Of a DNA stretch of 64,000 nucleotides, positions 26,098 through 39,695 are shown piece by piece. A program made the position numbers and the translations under genes. Position 1 is the stretch's first letter; each line of letters starts with the position of its first letter. The stretch comes from the human T2T-CHM13v2.0 reference genome, Homo sapiens. The stretch lies in NCBI RefSeq assembly GCF_009914755.1, contig NC_060926.1; one strand, given 5' to 3'. Below the pieces are notes generated by a model. The model was not told where the DNA came from, did no database searches, and saw only the letters and a list, made by a program, of their open reading frames with translations.

Positions 26098-28035
26098 CTA
26101 AGCACAACTTAACAAAACTCAACTGCAAACAAGGTTGAGTGGAAAGTGCAGATCAAAGTATCTTTGAAAGGCTAATATAGAAACAGAGCCTCATATTTAG
26201 GATGATAGAGACAGGAGACGGGAAGGCTGAATTTATTTCTATTGCCATCTACAAAGGGGACTCAAATTCTCAACCTTCCACGGCTCATTCAACTACGTTC
26301 CATTTCATTCAGGTCACTCTTCTCACAGGCATCATAATTAAAGGTTTCATTTCTAGAGTAAGGTAACTTTTTATATGCTTCATCCTATCCCTGTAGTGCT
26401 ATTCTTTTCTCCTTTTGCAACATTCATAGGTTTCTTATTGTCCCTAAATGTTAATTTGCTGCTGAAATTGGCTTAGGTGGCTGCCTTTTAAAATAGCGCC
26501 CAAATTCCTTTGCACCTACATCTTTACAAGTAAGGCATGGTTACAATGGTGGACAGAAAATGTCCGTCCAGACATGTATTTTGATATACACAAAAGAAAT
26601 GTGTCTGTGTTTATATGCAGGAACTCATTCAGAAACTGCTCAACTAGGAAGTACTTAACCTTTCAGAAACTTAGATGTGTTAAAAAAGGGATTTCGGGGG
26701 TCTATAAAATTTACGTGATCTTTAACTCTATACCTTTGAGTTGAAAGAAAAGGGAGGGGGGAATTTTGTGAGAACATAATAAAGTTTTATTGTCCTCCAC
26801 TGTGGGATCTATTTCGGTGTTCTCTTTTCTTCCTGTTGTATTCTGAAGCTGCAGAGCAGGGTTGCTCTCTGAAGATATTTAGTAATGAGAGAAAGATCCC
26901 CAAATAGGCAACTTAAAATGTCAAAGGAGGGAGCAGAGGAGGAAAATAATAAGCTTCAATATTCTCTTTAAAGATCAATTTTTATTTTCTTCTTTCTATT
27001 CACTGAAAGAGCTTCATTTGTTTCTATAGCCCTTCTATGTTAATAATGTAAACTCATCTTACATAATTAAGTGCCTGGGATTCCAAAGACTTTCCAGATA
27101 TTGTGCAGAATATTGGCCTAACAAGGATAACTAAAAATACAGGATAACAAGCAAATGGATTAGGTCTTAACCTCATGTGGAGTGTAAATTATCCACAAAA
27201 CAAGAACTGAAGTAAAATGAGCATTATCACTAAATGGCAGCATCTGAGGCAAAATTTTCTACCTGCTAATATTTAATGTCACTGCCTTGGAGGACCGGAA
27301 TCTTAACATAAGTTTCCCTGTATCAGTACATATGTATCACCTAACACTATCAGACACTGATAAATAACTTTTGATGGTGACAAAGTTTCATTAACATAAA
27401 GCATTGTGTTTTCATGGCTATTGTATATTGGATGAAACTATCGATAGGGGGACATGGAACCTGGCACCAGTTCCATTAAAAATCTTAATGCAATTTCACC
27501 TTCTAATAAATTTCACCGAAGTTATGATTTTGCTACAATATTAAGTTGCAGAGGATCTTATATGAAATCACTCTTGTAAACTGTCCTCTTAGCTATAACT
27601 TAAAACATATGTATAAACAAATACTGAAATCTGTTTGAATTTTTAGAAAACATATTGTTTTCAAAATAAATAATCATAGGCTATATCCTGTATGTGGATA
27701 AATATTCATTTGTATAAAAATGTTGCAGTGTTTACTTAGTTTTGCCATGAAATCTCATTATCATCTTCACATTTTGTACATTTTAATTTATAAAAATGAG
27801 TCTTAGGATTTGAAAATAGAAGTTGTGAAAATAGGAAAAAAAGATACAGAATATGTAGAAAGAAGGGTAAAAATACTGTAGCAATGAGGGAAGTTAGTAT
27901 TTTTTCTCAGTGTATTTTTTCCATGCCATCAATACTAGGACACAATTAATAAAGTGGCACGGGTTTCTAGCAGCAGCTCAGAATTACCAGGAGATGGGTA
28001 TGACAAAATAAAAGGATATTTGGGTTTTTATAGTG

Positions 28036-28038
<3 letters not shown>

Positions 28039-28071
<33 letters not shown>
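28039..28071. repeat. (GT)16 microsatellite
   Basis: Perfect GT run. Confidence 0.95.
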
Positions 28072-28075
<4 letters not shown>

Positions 28076-29529
28076 TTACATGTGCATGTATATTGGAAAT
28101 GTTATATATATCTTAGGGATACACATTTGGATTTTCATAATACAAAAAACAGTTAATATAAATATATCAACTACAAATATAAATATATTTTTAAAATGTA
28201 TTTATAATGACATCAGAAATATATATATTTTTAAATTTATTTATAATGACCTCAGAAAAAATCTGAAAACAATATTGTTATTTGTATAATTAGTTGTCCA
28301 CAAGAGGACAAGAAGCTTAAATTAAATTAATCATTTTAAGTGTGTAAACTTTCCACCCTGACAATTTATCATAATTTTGGCAGGGGAAACCCAGCGAATT
28401 TCAAGAGTCTTCAAAAACCTGTACATGAGGTTTCCAGGAAATTATTGGCCTAAGTATTTATCAGCAAGAGATTATACATCTTCTATATGTGTACTGAAAT
28501 GCCATGTGCCTTGTGGCAGTGGTTCCTTATATTAAAATGGCACCATACATGTTTGTATGTGTGTGTTCATATGTGTATACACATATGGTAAAAATGTTTG
28601 CACATATTACAGGCATATTTATGCTTTCACCCATAAACTTTTGCATACAAACGGATATTCTATAATTACTTGCTATGTAGTTATATGTGGCAATGTCAAA
28701 AATAAACATAAATTTAAATACAAACTATTAACTAAAAACATTCTATAGTTAATATATCAATTTATTTATTTAACAAATTTTAGGAATATAAATGTTCATT
28801 TATTCTACTACTATTTGCTGATTACCAATTAGTATTGAGTACTTGATAGATACTAGAGAGGCAGAGATGAAAAGATGAAAAAGGCCTCAGAGCTGATCAC
28901 AATCTATCTGAGAAGAAGGTCTGTAGGGCCATTTATAGTGTTTGGAGAAAAATCTGCACTTACTCTAATGAAGCACATTTCTTTCTGCCAGGAAAAGCAA
29001 AGCTACTACAAGAACTCACTACATCAATGCGTGTTCATTATTGAGAACATCCTAGGAGAGCGTGCATCATCACAGGCTGCTCTGAGGTCTGTGCCCAATC
29101 AAGCAAAGAACAACGGGGATAATCACACTGTGCAGAGGGTGACCAATTTAGAAAAAAAGGACCCTTAAGAAGGTCTTCCAACTTCCTTAAATGACTTTCA
29201 TTAATTTTACACCTTTTGCCAATTAATTGCACTTATGAGCCTTCCTTGTCAATTACTGCATTCTCATTTTCGGCAATTGAACTAATCTTGGCCTATTCAT
29301 ATTTTGTTTTTTAAATAGGTATTTCCAATTATTGATATAGATCTTTATAATTACATTACAAATGTTTCACCATATTTATTCATTCTTTATAGAGACAAAA
29401 TAAAGGTTCTATCATCTACACTTAAAACATGTACTTTTTTCTTTACAGCACAACTTACAATATACTCCTTATTTGGTGATTATTTTAAAACAAATATATT
29501 CCATTTAAAATATAAGCTCAATAACTACA

Positions 29530-29680
29530 GATACATGTATGTGTGTGTGTGTGTATATATATACACATACATATATACACATGTGTATATATACACATGT
29601 GTATATATGTATATACACACATATATATGTATATATACACATATATATACACATATATATATACACACACATACATGTAT
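29530..29680. repeat. (TG/TA/CA)n low-complexity tract
   Basis: Alternating purine-pyrimidine compound repeat. Confidence 0.92.
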
Positions 29681-29984
29681 TTTTCTTATTCTGTTTTCAG
29701 TGTCTGTCTGTCTGCATACATGTTATACAGAAAAAGTTAAATTAGTATTTGATCAATAGTGAGTTTAATGTACATTCATTTTTCACCTGCTGCATATTAA
29801 GTGCTGTTAGTTTACAAATATGAGTAAGACCAAAATAAAGCTATCAAGAAACTCAGGGCCTACATTTCAATGTGGCTAGTGCAATCATTGATTTATTTAC
29901 TGAGTGTTATGATCACACAGAAGAGGTACTAACCCTACTTTTTATTATAGTGAACTGCCTTCTGAAAGTGGCTTACTTAAAGAA

Positions 29985-31658
29985 CATAGCTGGAGGTATT
30001 ACATTATCTAATTACAAGCTATACTACAAAGCTATAGTAATTAAAACGCATGGTGTTGGCAAAAAAGATATGTAAACCAATGGAATAGAAAACCCAGAAA
30101 TTAACCCATACCTACAGACAAATGATTTTCTATAAAGCTGCCAAGAATACACAATGGGAAAAATACAGTCTCTTCAATAAATGGTGTTGGGAAAACTGCA
30201 TTTCCACATGCAGAAGAATAAAATTGGACCTACCTCTCACACTATACACAAAAACTACCCAAAATGGATTAAGGATTTAAACATAAAATCAGAAACTCTT
30301 AAACTACTAGAAGAAAACAGAGGGGGAAAAACTATATGACATTGGTCTGGGCAATGATTTTTTTGGATTTGACTCCAAAAGCACAGGCAGCAAGTCCAAA
30401 AGCAGACAAACAAGATTACATCAGACTAGAAAGCTTCTGCACATCAAAGAAAACAATTAACAGTTTGCAAAAACAACCTAAGGGTTGGGAGAAAATATTA
30501 GCAAACGCATATCTGATAAAGAGTTATAACCAAAGTACATAAGGAGCTCCAAGAACTCAATAGCAGAAAACAAAACAAAACAAAAAATTAAAAAATGGGC
30601 AAGAAGTCTGACTAGATAGTTATCAAAAAAAGACATGCAAATGGCCAGCAGATGCATGGAAAAATGTTCAACACGGCTAATCATTCAAAAAATGCAAATT
30701 AAAACCACAAAGAGATATCATCTCACACCTGTCTTAATGGTTTCATCGAAGAGCTGAATGATAACACATGGTTGACAAAGCTGTGCAGAAAAAGGAACAC
30801 TTGCACACTGTTGGTGGAAAATGTAAATTAGCACAATCATTATGGGAAGTAATATGGAGGTTCCACAAAAAACTAAAAATAGAATTACCATATGATCCAG
30901 CAATCCCACGTCTGGGTATTTGCCCAAAAGATTTTGAATCAGTTTGACAAAGAGATATCTGCACTCCCATGTTCACTGCTGCACTATTCACAATAGCCAA
31001 ATTATGGAATCAACATAAATGTCTGTCAGTCAATCAATGGATAAAGAATGGATAAATGAAATACTATTCAGCCTTAAAAAAAAAAAAAGACAATTTTGTC
31101 ATTTGGGACAACATGAATGGAACTGGAGAACATTATGCTAAGTAAAACAAGTCAGGTACAGTAAGACAAATACTATATGTTCTCACTTACGTATGGAATC
31201 TAAAATAATTGAACTCATAGAAGCAGACTTTGGAGTGGCGGTCACAGAGGCTGAGGGGCAGGGAAAATGAGGAAATGTTGGCCACAAGGTACAGAATCCC
31301 AATTAGACAGGAAGAATATCTTTTCCTCCTTTTTGAGTTCCACTGCATAATGTGGTGAATATAGTTAAAAATAGAGGCTGGGCGCAGTGGCTCACGCCTA
31401 TAATCCCAGCAGTTTGGGAGGCCAAGGCAGGCGGATCACCTGAGGTCAGGACTTCGAGACCAGCCTGACCAATATGGTGAAACCCCTTCTCTGCTAAAAA
31501 TACAAAAATTAGCCAGGTGAGGTGGCATGCGCCTGTACAGCTATTCCGGAGGCTGAGGCAGGAGAATAGCTAGAACCTGGGAGGCAGAGGTTGCAGCGAG
31601 CCGAGATCGCACCACTGCACTTCAGCCTGGGTGACAGAGCAAGACTCTGCCTCAAAAA

Positions 31659-31693
<35 letters not shown>

Positions 31694-31860
31694 AATAGAG
31701 TACTGTGCATTTCAAAAGTAATTTCAAATGTCCTCGCTAGAAAATTTTTAAATATTTGAGGTGACAGATACAGTAACTAGCTTGATTTAATTACTCCACA
31801 TTGTATTTTCATACCCCATAAATTTTAGACAATAATAGTCAATTTATAATAAATAAATAA
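29985..31860 (+). mobile_element. L1MA-type LINE-1, 3' about 1.5 kb, interrupted by Alu
   Basis: agctggaggtattacatta...ctcttcaataaatggtgttggg...ccatatgatccagcaatccc...3' UTR and A-tail. Confidence 0.92.
31376..31695 (+). mobile_element. AluSx with (AAAT)n tail
   Basis: Full dimer; TSD aaaatagag. Confidence 0.97.
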
Positions 31861-32299
31861 TATTACAATCAATTAATAATTACCAAATGAATACCAGAGA
31901 GGTATGTTGTCTTTAAATGATGTCTCTTCCCAAAATGTTCCCATTTGCAACTAAAATAACAAAATACAAGAGACTGGAAACAAAAATTTGTGTGACTTTT
32001 TTGTGTGCATTGTAGACTCCACTGCCATGACATGGAACTCCAGAATAGTAATGAATTATGGTTTCAATAAGAACCCATGATAAGACAACTAGGAGGGTAG
32101 TAAAATAAAAGTTTCTGAGAGTTCCATCCTTCAATGTCCTATTAACTGTACAAGAAGGCTTCTGGGAAGGTGAAAATCCCTGACAGGATGCAAAACTAAT
32201 GGCAACAACTGAGCATGTTCCTAAAATCATGGGGTATTTTGCACTAATGGGATTTGCTCCAATACATGACCAAGAGCAGATCTAAAATTTTTCACTTAC

Positions 32300-32421
32300 C
32301 AAAAACTGAACCTTGGTCATAGACGGATCTGGAGAATGGTCTGCTCCATATCCATTGACATTATTAGGATTTGGTCGGTCATGTGATGTTGATAGGGTGG
32401 TTTCACCTGGGTAACTCCATC
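32300..32421 (-). other. Candidate exon (122 nt)
   Basis: Acceptor tatttcag|G and donor TTG|gtaagt; one open frame WSYPGETTLSTSHDRPNPNNVNGYGADHSPDPSMTKVQFL; possible 79-nt intron to the acceptor at 32220. Confidence 0.35.
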
Positions 32422-32599
32422 CTGAAATAGACTATTTGGGATAGAATTACCACAGGTGTGAATCACATTAAAAACGTGTTTTGGCCATAAATATGAGACA
32501 AACCTGGCTATCTTACAGCCCTAACTTTATCTTGATTGTAGAACAAACCACAGGCAGAATACGTGACTCATGGCAGCGAATTTAAAAATTATTTTCTTC

Positions 32600-32949
<350 letters not shown>

Positions 32950-32954
32950 TCAAA

Positions 32955-33242
32955 CGTGCATCATTTCTTTGCGTTGGGAACATTCAATATCCTCCTTCAG
33001 CCTATTTTAAACTATATAATATATTATTATCGTCAACTATATTCATTCTACACTGCTATAGAATACTAGAATGTATTCCTCCTATCAAGCTGTAAATTTG
33101 TGTCCTTTAACAAATGTTAATTACCCTAATTTGATCACTATACATGATATACATCAAAACATCACTATGGAGTCCATAAATATTTATAATTATTATGTGT
33201 CAATTTTAAAAATGGTGAAAATGGTAAAGATAGATAAATACA
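32955..33242. mobile_element. Short L1MA 3' end with 5' inversion
   Basis: 32955-33113 is antisense L1MA 3' UTR, 33114 onward is the sense terminal part; TSD taaatgtatacctcaaa / taaatgtgcatctcaaa. Confidence 0.8.
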
Positions 33243-33652
33243 TAAATGTGCATCTCAAATAGATTATCTTCTGATGCACTACCTTATTTATTTTTATTTA
33301 AAAAAATAAAAACACTAAACTCCCCAAAGTATACAATACAAAGTAAATAGATGGGGGCAGGTAGAGTAATTTTTTAAAAAGTGTGGTAGCTGCCACAAGG
33401 GAAGATATATAGATCAATAGTATAGAATAAAGAACTTAGAAATAAACCTTCACATATATGCTCAAAAGATTTTCAACAAGGATGCCAAGAGTATTAAGTA
33501 GGGGAAAGGACAGTCTTCAACAAATAATGTTTGGAAACTGAATAGCCACATGCAAAGAAATGAAGTTGTACCCCTCCCTTGCACCATGTACAAAAATTAA
33601 CTCAAAATAGATGAAAGACCTAAATGTAAGATCTAAAACTATAGAATTCTTA

Positions 33653-33901
<249 letters not shown>

Positions 33902-34852
33902 CTAAGAATGAAACATAGATAAAAATATTAAAAACATTAAATTTGTCAGTAATTTTTTGAATGTGATACCAAAAGTAGAGGCAACAAAAAATCAAATAGA
34001 TAAAATGGACTTAATGAAAATTAAAAACTTGTGTATCAAAAGAAACTATTAAGAGAATAAAAAAGCAACCCATATATTGGGAGAAGATATTTGCAAGTCA
34101 CATAACTGATAAAGGATTAATATCCAGAATATATGAAGAACTCCTAAAACTCTACAACAATGGAACAAATAACCCAATTCAAAAATAGTCAAAGACTCAA
34201 ATAGACATTTCTCCAATAAAGATGTACAAACGGACAATAAGCACATGAAAAGATATTCAACATCAGGAATTGCTAATTAAATGCAAATTAATATCATAAT
34301 GAGACCACTTTATACCCATAGGCATATCCAAAAAAAAAAATACAAAATAATAAATGTTAGCCAAAATGTGGATAAATCAGTAAACTTGTGCATTGATGAT
34401 AGGAATATAAAATAGTTCAGACACTATGGAAGACAGTAGAGCAATTTATCAAAAGTTAAACATAGAACAGCCATATAATCCAGGTCCATACCCAAAATAA
34501 TTGAGCAAAGACTTGAATAGATATTTGCAAACCAATGTTTATAGCAGCATTATTCACAACAGCCATAGGTGAAAACAATCCAAATGTCCATCAGTCAATA
34601 AAAGGATAAACAAACTGTGGTGTATACATATAATGAAATATTATTGATTCTTTTTAAAAAATGAAAATTCTAGTACATGAATCTTGAAAGCATTATGCTA
34701 AGTCAAATAAGCTGGGTTAGAAGAGCAAGTATTGTAGGTTTACACTTATGGAGGTATCTAGAATGAGTAGACAAATTCATAGATACTAACAGTAAAATGA
34801 TGGTTATCAAGGCCTAGGGGGGAGGTGGGAATGGGGAGTTAGTGTTTAATAG

Positions 34853-35816
34853 TGTCAACTTTTAAAAACTCAGAATTTATAATTTTAGAAAAGGAGAGGA
34901 GACTTATTTCTTGTAAAGGGTTACAGGGGGCAAGGTGGCCACCCCACAAGCTGAGAAATGTGCTTCCAGCCAAGATCAGAGACAGGCACTTAGAAGGAGC
35001 AGAGTTTGGGGTAGGAGCTTTATGCTGGACACAGTGGCTAAACATATATATTCAATAGGTTACAGGGAGAGCAAGCTATGAATATTCATGAAGGGGGTCC
35101 TGACACACATTTTGAACAAACGTGTGTAACATACCATGCATGTTCACTTTGGGGTGGAGGCCTAAAATATGATGTGTTACAGTTAAGCTCTCTACATCAA
35201 AAGGTCCTTTCAGGACACAAAGGCCTGTGAATGCCTCTGTAAACCAGCCCAGAACCACTCCATGGTCAGTGGTCTTTTACCAGGAGAAAGTTGATGAAAT
35301 CAGTCGCTTATCCAATGAAAGCTGTAGTTAAGGCTGGTGGAAAAGGGAGTCAGTTAATCAAATGTCTGTGAACTGAGTCAGTTAGTCAAATGTCTGCGAA
35401 CTGGGTGAGTTGTAATTGTTTTAATCTTGCTTCTCTCAAGGACAGTAGTTATTTAGGTGCTAGAGATAAAGAAAAACCTCGTGGCAGTTAGGGACATAGT
35501 TTATTTTTTAAGTGTAGTTGTGACTTCACCCTTGCCTGGCATGGCCTGAGGTCCTGTTTATAATTCAGTGTCTTATTGCCAGGAAGAGTCTGTTCAGTCA
35601 GTCTCATGAACTCTATTTTAACACTAAGGCTGGTTATGCCTACACCATAAAAAAGGAGGAGGTTATGCCTATGGTTTAGGCATAACCATAAAGAGGTGCA
35701 TCTGACCGCCCATCCCACTGTGGCTGGGAACTCAGTTTTAAGGATGTTGGGGGTCCCCTTGGGCAAGCTGGGGTCTGTTCAGTTGGTGGGGCCTCAGGAC
35801 TTATTTTTAGTTTACA
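34853..35816 (-). mobile_element. MER4D-like solo LTR (ERV1)
   Basis: Minus strand starts TGTAAACTAAAAATAAG...CCAAGGGGACCCC...AAAACTGAGTTCCCAGCC; ends TGACA; perfect TSD ATAG. Confidence 0.88.
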
Positions 35817-35869
35817 ATAGGTACAAAGTTTCAGTCTGGAAGGATGGAGAAGTTCTAAAAATGAATAGT

Positions 35870-36460
35870 AGTGGGTCAAATGGTATTTCCAGTTCTAGAT
35901 CCCTGAGGAATCGCCACACTGACTTCCACAATGGTTGAACTAGTTTACAGTCCCACCAACAGTGTAGGGATTATAAATCATGCTGCTATAAAGACACATG
36001 CACACGTATGTTTATTGCGACACTATTCACAATAGCAAAGACTTGGAACCAACCCAAATGTCCAACAACGATAGACTGGATTAAGAAAATGTGGCACATA
36101 TATGCCATGCAATACTAAGCAGCCATAAAAAATGATGAGTTAATGTCCTTTGTAGGGACATGGATGAAGCTGGAAACCATCATTCTCAGCAAACTATAGC
36201 AAGGACAAAAAACCAAACACCGCATGTTCTCACTCATAGGTGGGAATTGAACAATGAGAACACATGGACACAGGAAGGGGAACATCACACACCGGGGCCT
36301 GTTGTGGGGTCGGGGGAGTGGGGAGGGATAGCATCAGGAGATATACCTAATGTTAAATGACGAATTAATGGGTGCAGCACACCAACATGACACATGTATA
36401 CATATGTAACTAACCTGCACGTTGTGCACATGTACCCTAGAACTTAAAGTATAATAAAAA
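35870..36460 (+). mobile_element. L1PA3-5 3' end with 5' inversion (twin priming)
   Basis: 35870-35966 inverted ORF2 piece, sense from about 35967; TSD aaaaatgaatagt. Confidence 0.95.
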
Positions 36461-36599
36461 AAAAATGAATAGTTGTGATGGGTGCACATCATGAACATAC
36501 TTAATTTCAATAAATTGTACACTGAAAATGTTTACATGGTAAATTATAGATTATGTATATTTTACCACAATTAATAAAATAAGCTATTGTGCAAAAACA

Positions 36600-36915
36600 A
36601 GAAAAGTCTAAGAAACTGATATCAGTTGATATGAACTAAGGAGATGAACTAAGGAGACGTGACAACCGAAGGTGGTGTGATATTCCCATGATACCCTGGA
36701 AGAGAAAAATGACAGTACTTAAACAACTAAAGAGATCTGAATAAAGTATGAACTTAAATGGAAAATATATCAATATTTGCTTATTAATTATGAAAAATGT
36801 GCCATGCTAATATGTTAATTATAGGGGACAGTTGGTGTGGGTTATATGAGAACTCTCTGTACTATTTTTGCCACCTTTCAGTGAATCTAAAACTACTCAA
36901 TAGTTCAATTTAAAA
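36600..36915 (+). mobile_element. L1MC-type 3' UTR
   Basis: taaggagacgtgacaac; ggttatatgagaactctctgtactatttttgc; gaatctaaaactactc. Confidence 0.75.
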
Positions 36916-37312
36916 GGCATGGAAAAAACTAAATAAGAGGTGAAGCAAATACAAATATCATGGAAGTCAATCTCGTTCTGAAAAAACACCTGACGTTTTA
37001 TGAAAATGACTTCTGCTATTTGTAAAGAAAATTTTGTAAAAGACACATGAGGCAACTTTACAACAAAAACAAAAAAAACCTTCTTTCTTAGTAGCATAAT
37101 TTGAATTATTGTTATAAGTAGTAAATAACAATTTAAGAAATCATAAAATCAGATTATGGAAACGATTTGTATGCAAGTAGCTAGGCAGCATGCAGGAAAA
37201 AAAAATACAGATAAAGATCATTCAAAGGAAGATGGACAAAATGGAAGACAAGGTGCAAAGATTAAATTTCTGAAACAGAGGAGGCAATAAACAAAGTTTA
37301 AAAATAATAAGA

Positions 37313-37533
37313 GGCCAGGAACGGTGGTTCTCGCCTGTAATCTAAGGACTTTGGGAGCCGAGGTGGGCCAATTGCTTGAGCTCACGAATTCAAGACCAGC
37401 CTGGGTAACATGGGAAACCCCGTCTCTATAAAAAAAATACAAAAATTACCCAGGCGTGGTGGTGTGCACCTGTAGTCTCAGCTACACTCTAGCCTGGGTA
37501 GACGCAGCTTTGGTCTCAGAAAAAAAAAAAAAA
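37313..37533 (+). mobile_element. AluJ with internal deletion in the right arm
   Basis: ...tagtctcagctac|actctagcctggg; TSD aaaaata(a/c)taaga. Confidence 0.9.
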
Positions 37534-38214
37534 TACTAAGAAAGTACATAATTGAAAATAATAATAATTTCAAATTTAACCATTCTACAAGCAGTTACAC
37601 TTTTAACTGTATACCAAAGAAAAGCTTTTCACGAAGTGAGGAAGGAGTTAAAGCAGTTAGGTTCTGATCTATTCATTCCTTTTACTGAAGAACTTTCCTA
37701 GGGGTGAGGGAGTGAGGGCAGAGGGCAAGTGAACTGCTCTGATATTGCCAGTTGGAATAATTACATTTGCTAGTACAAAAATATCTTATACTGAGAAAAA
37801 CCATGGCAAGATATCCATAGCTAAAGAAAAACTACGGCAAATAAACTCAGAATCCATGGTTTTCTGAGGCAAGTTTTCCTATAAAATGTCACATTTCTTT
37901 AAAACTAAAGTATGTCTTGTATATAGCGTATGCATGTACTTCAGTTTGTGTCCAGTTTTAAGTCTGTCTTTTGATCAAAGCATTTATTTCACTTAAATTT
38001 AATGTTAAGTATTGATATGATTGGATTTACTTCTGGGATATTTTTGCTGTTTTCTATTTGTCTCATTGACTTTTTTGTTCTGTTTATCTTTTACTGCCTT
38101 GTTTTGTGTTAAGAGAGAGATTTCAACGCAATTTTAAATTACTTTTTAAACCATTTCTAAAATGTATTTTCTTAGTCATATGTGGGTACAGTTGGTGGCT
38201 CCCCAAAACAACTA

Positions 38215-38557
38215 CAGACATACCTTGTTTGATCATGTCTGGCTTTATTGCAACTCACGGATATTACATTTCTTACATACCGGAGATTTGTGGCAACCCC
38301 TGCATCCAGCAAGCCTATCAGCGTCACCTGTTTCAACAGCATCTATTCACTTTGTGTCTCTGTGGCACCAGTTTTTAGCAATAAAATATTTTTAATTATT
38401 AAGGTATACACATTGTTTTTAAGACATAATACTGTTGCACACTTTGTAGACTATAGTTTAGTGCAAACATAACTTTTATATGAACTGAAAAACTAAAAAA
38501 GTTTACTTTGCTCTGGTGGTCTGGAACTAAACCTGCAATATCTCCCAGGTGTGCCTG
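38215..38557 (+). mobile_element. Tigger1 internal-deletion derivative (TcMar DNA transposon)
   Basis: TIRs cagacatacct / aggtgtgcctg; TA TSD on both sides; Tigger1 5' and 3' consensus joined; 343 bp. Confidence 0.9.
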
Positions 38558-39550
38558 TATACACACACACACATATGTGCAATTTTATATTCATCCACAT
38601 ATTGCCACTTCTGATCATATTTATTTATTTCTTGTATGTTTGAGTTAACGTCTGACATCATTTTCTTTAAGCCCCCAGAACTTCCTTTAGTATTTTATAT
38701 AGAGCAGGTTAGCTAGCAATAGATTTTCTCAACTTTTGTCTCTCTAGGAATGCATTTAATTTCTTTTTCACTTTTTTATTGTTGCAAAACATACATTATA
38801 TAAAATGTGCCATTTTAACCATAGAGATGTACAGTTCAGGGGCACTAAATACATTCATGATGCATGGCAACCATCACCAGTATTTCCAGAACTTTTTTAT
38901 CATCTCAAACAGAAACTCTATAGCCATTAAATAACTCCCCTTTACGGCTCTTCCACGCCCTTGGTAAATCTCTATGCAATTACTTTCTATCTCAATGATT
39001 TTGCAAATTCCAGGTACTTTGGCTTTGAAGATAAGTCTAATTTAAGCCTATGCTTTAATTGAGTTGTCTCTTACTGACAAGTTTTAAGAGTTCTTTATAT
39101 ATTCTGGATATCAATCCCTTATCATATGTATGATCAGCAAATATTTGCTCCCATTCTGTGGGTTGTATTTTTACTCACTTGACAATGTCCTTGAATACTC
39201 AAATATTTTAAACTCAATTAAATCCAATTTATCTATTTGATCTCTTGTTGATCTTTTTTTTGCCTATGTTTTTGGTGTCATATCTAAAAATCATAGCCAG
39301 ATTCAATGTCATAGTTTCTTTCCTATATTTCTTTCTAAAAGTTGCTGAGTTTTAAGTTTTATGTTTAGGTTTTGGATCCATTGTGAGTTAATCTTTGTAC
39401 ATGATGTAAGGTACAGGTCCAACTGCATTCTTTTGAATGTAGTTATCCAGTTTTCCCAGCACCACCTGCTGAAGAGACTGCCCTTTCCCTCATTGAATGG
39501 TCTTGGCACTCTCGTCAAGTAGCAATTGAATTTGTACGTAAAGATTGATT

Positions 39551-39695
39551 CTATTCTATTCTATTCTATTCTATTCTATTCTATTCTATTCTATTCTATT
39601 CTATTCTATTCTACTCTACTCTACTCTACTCTACTCTACTCTACTCTACTCTACTCTACTCTATTCTATTCTATTCTATTCTATTCTATTCTATT
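39551..39695. repeat. Compound pentanucleotide repeat (CTATT)12(CTACT)10(CTATT)7
   Basis: Counted directly; perfect blocks. Confidence 0.97.

Noticed and set aside
29535-29759. Three ORFs rich in Y/I/H/T
   Set aside because: Translations of a TA/CA microsatellite
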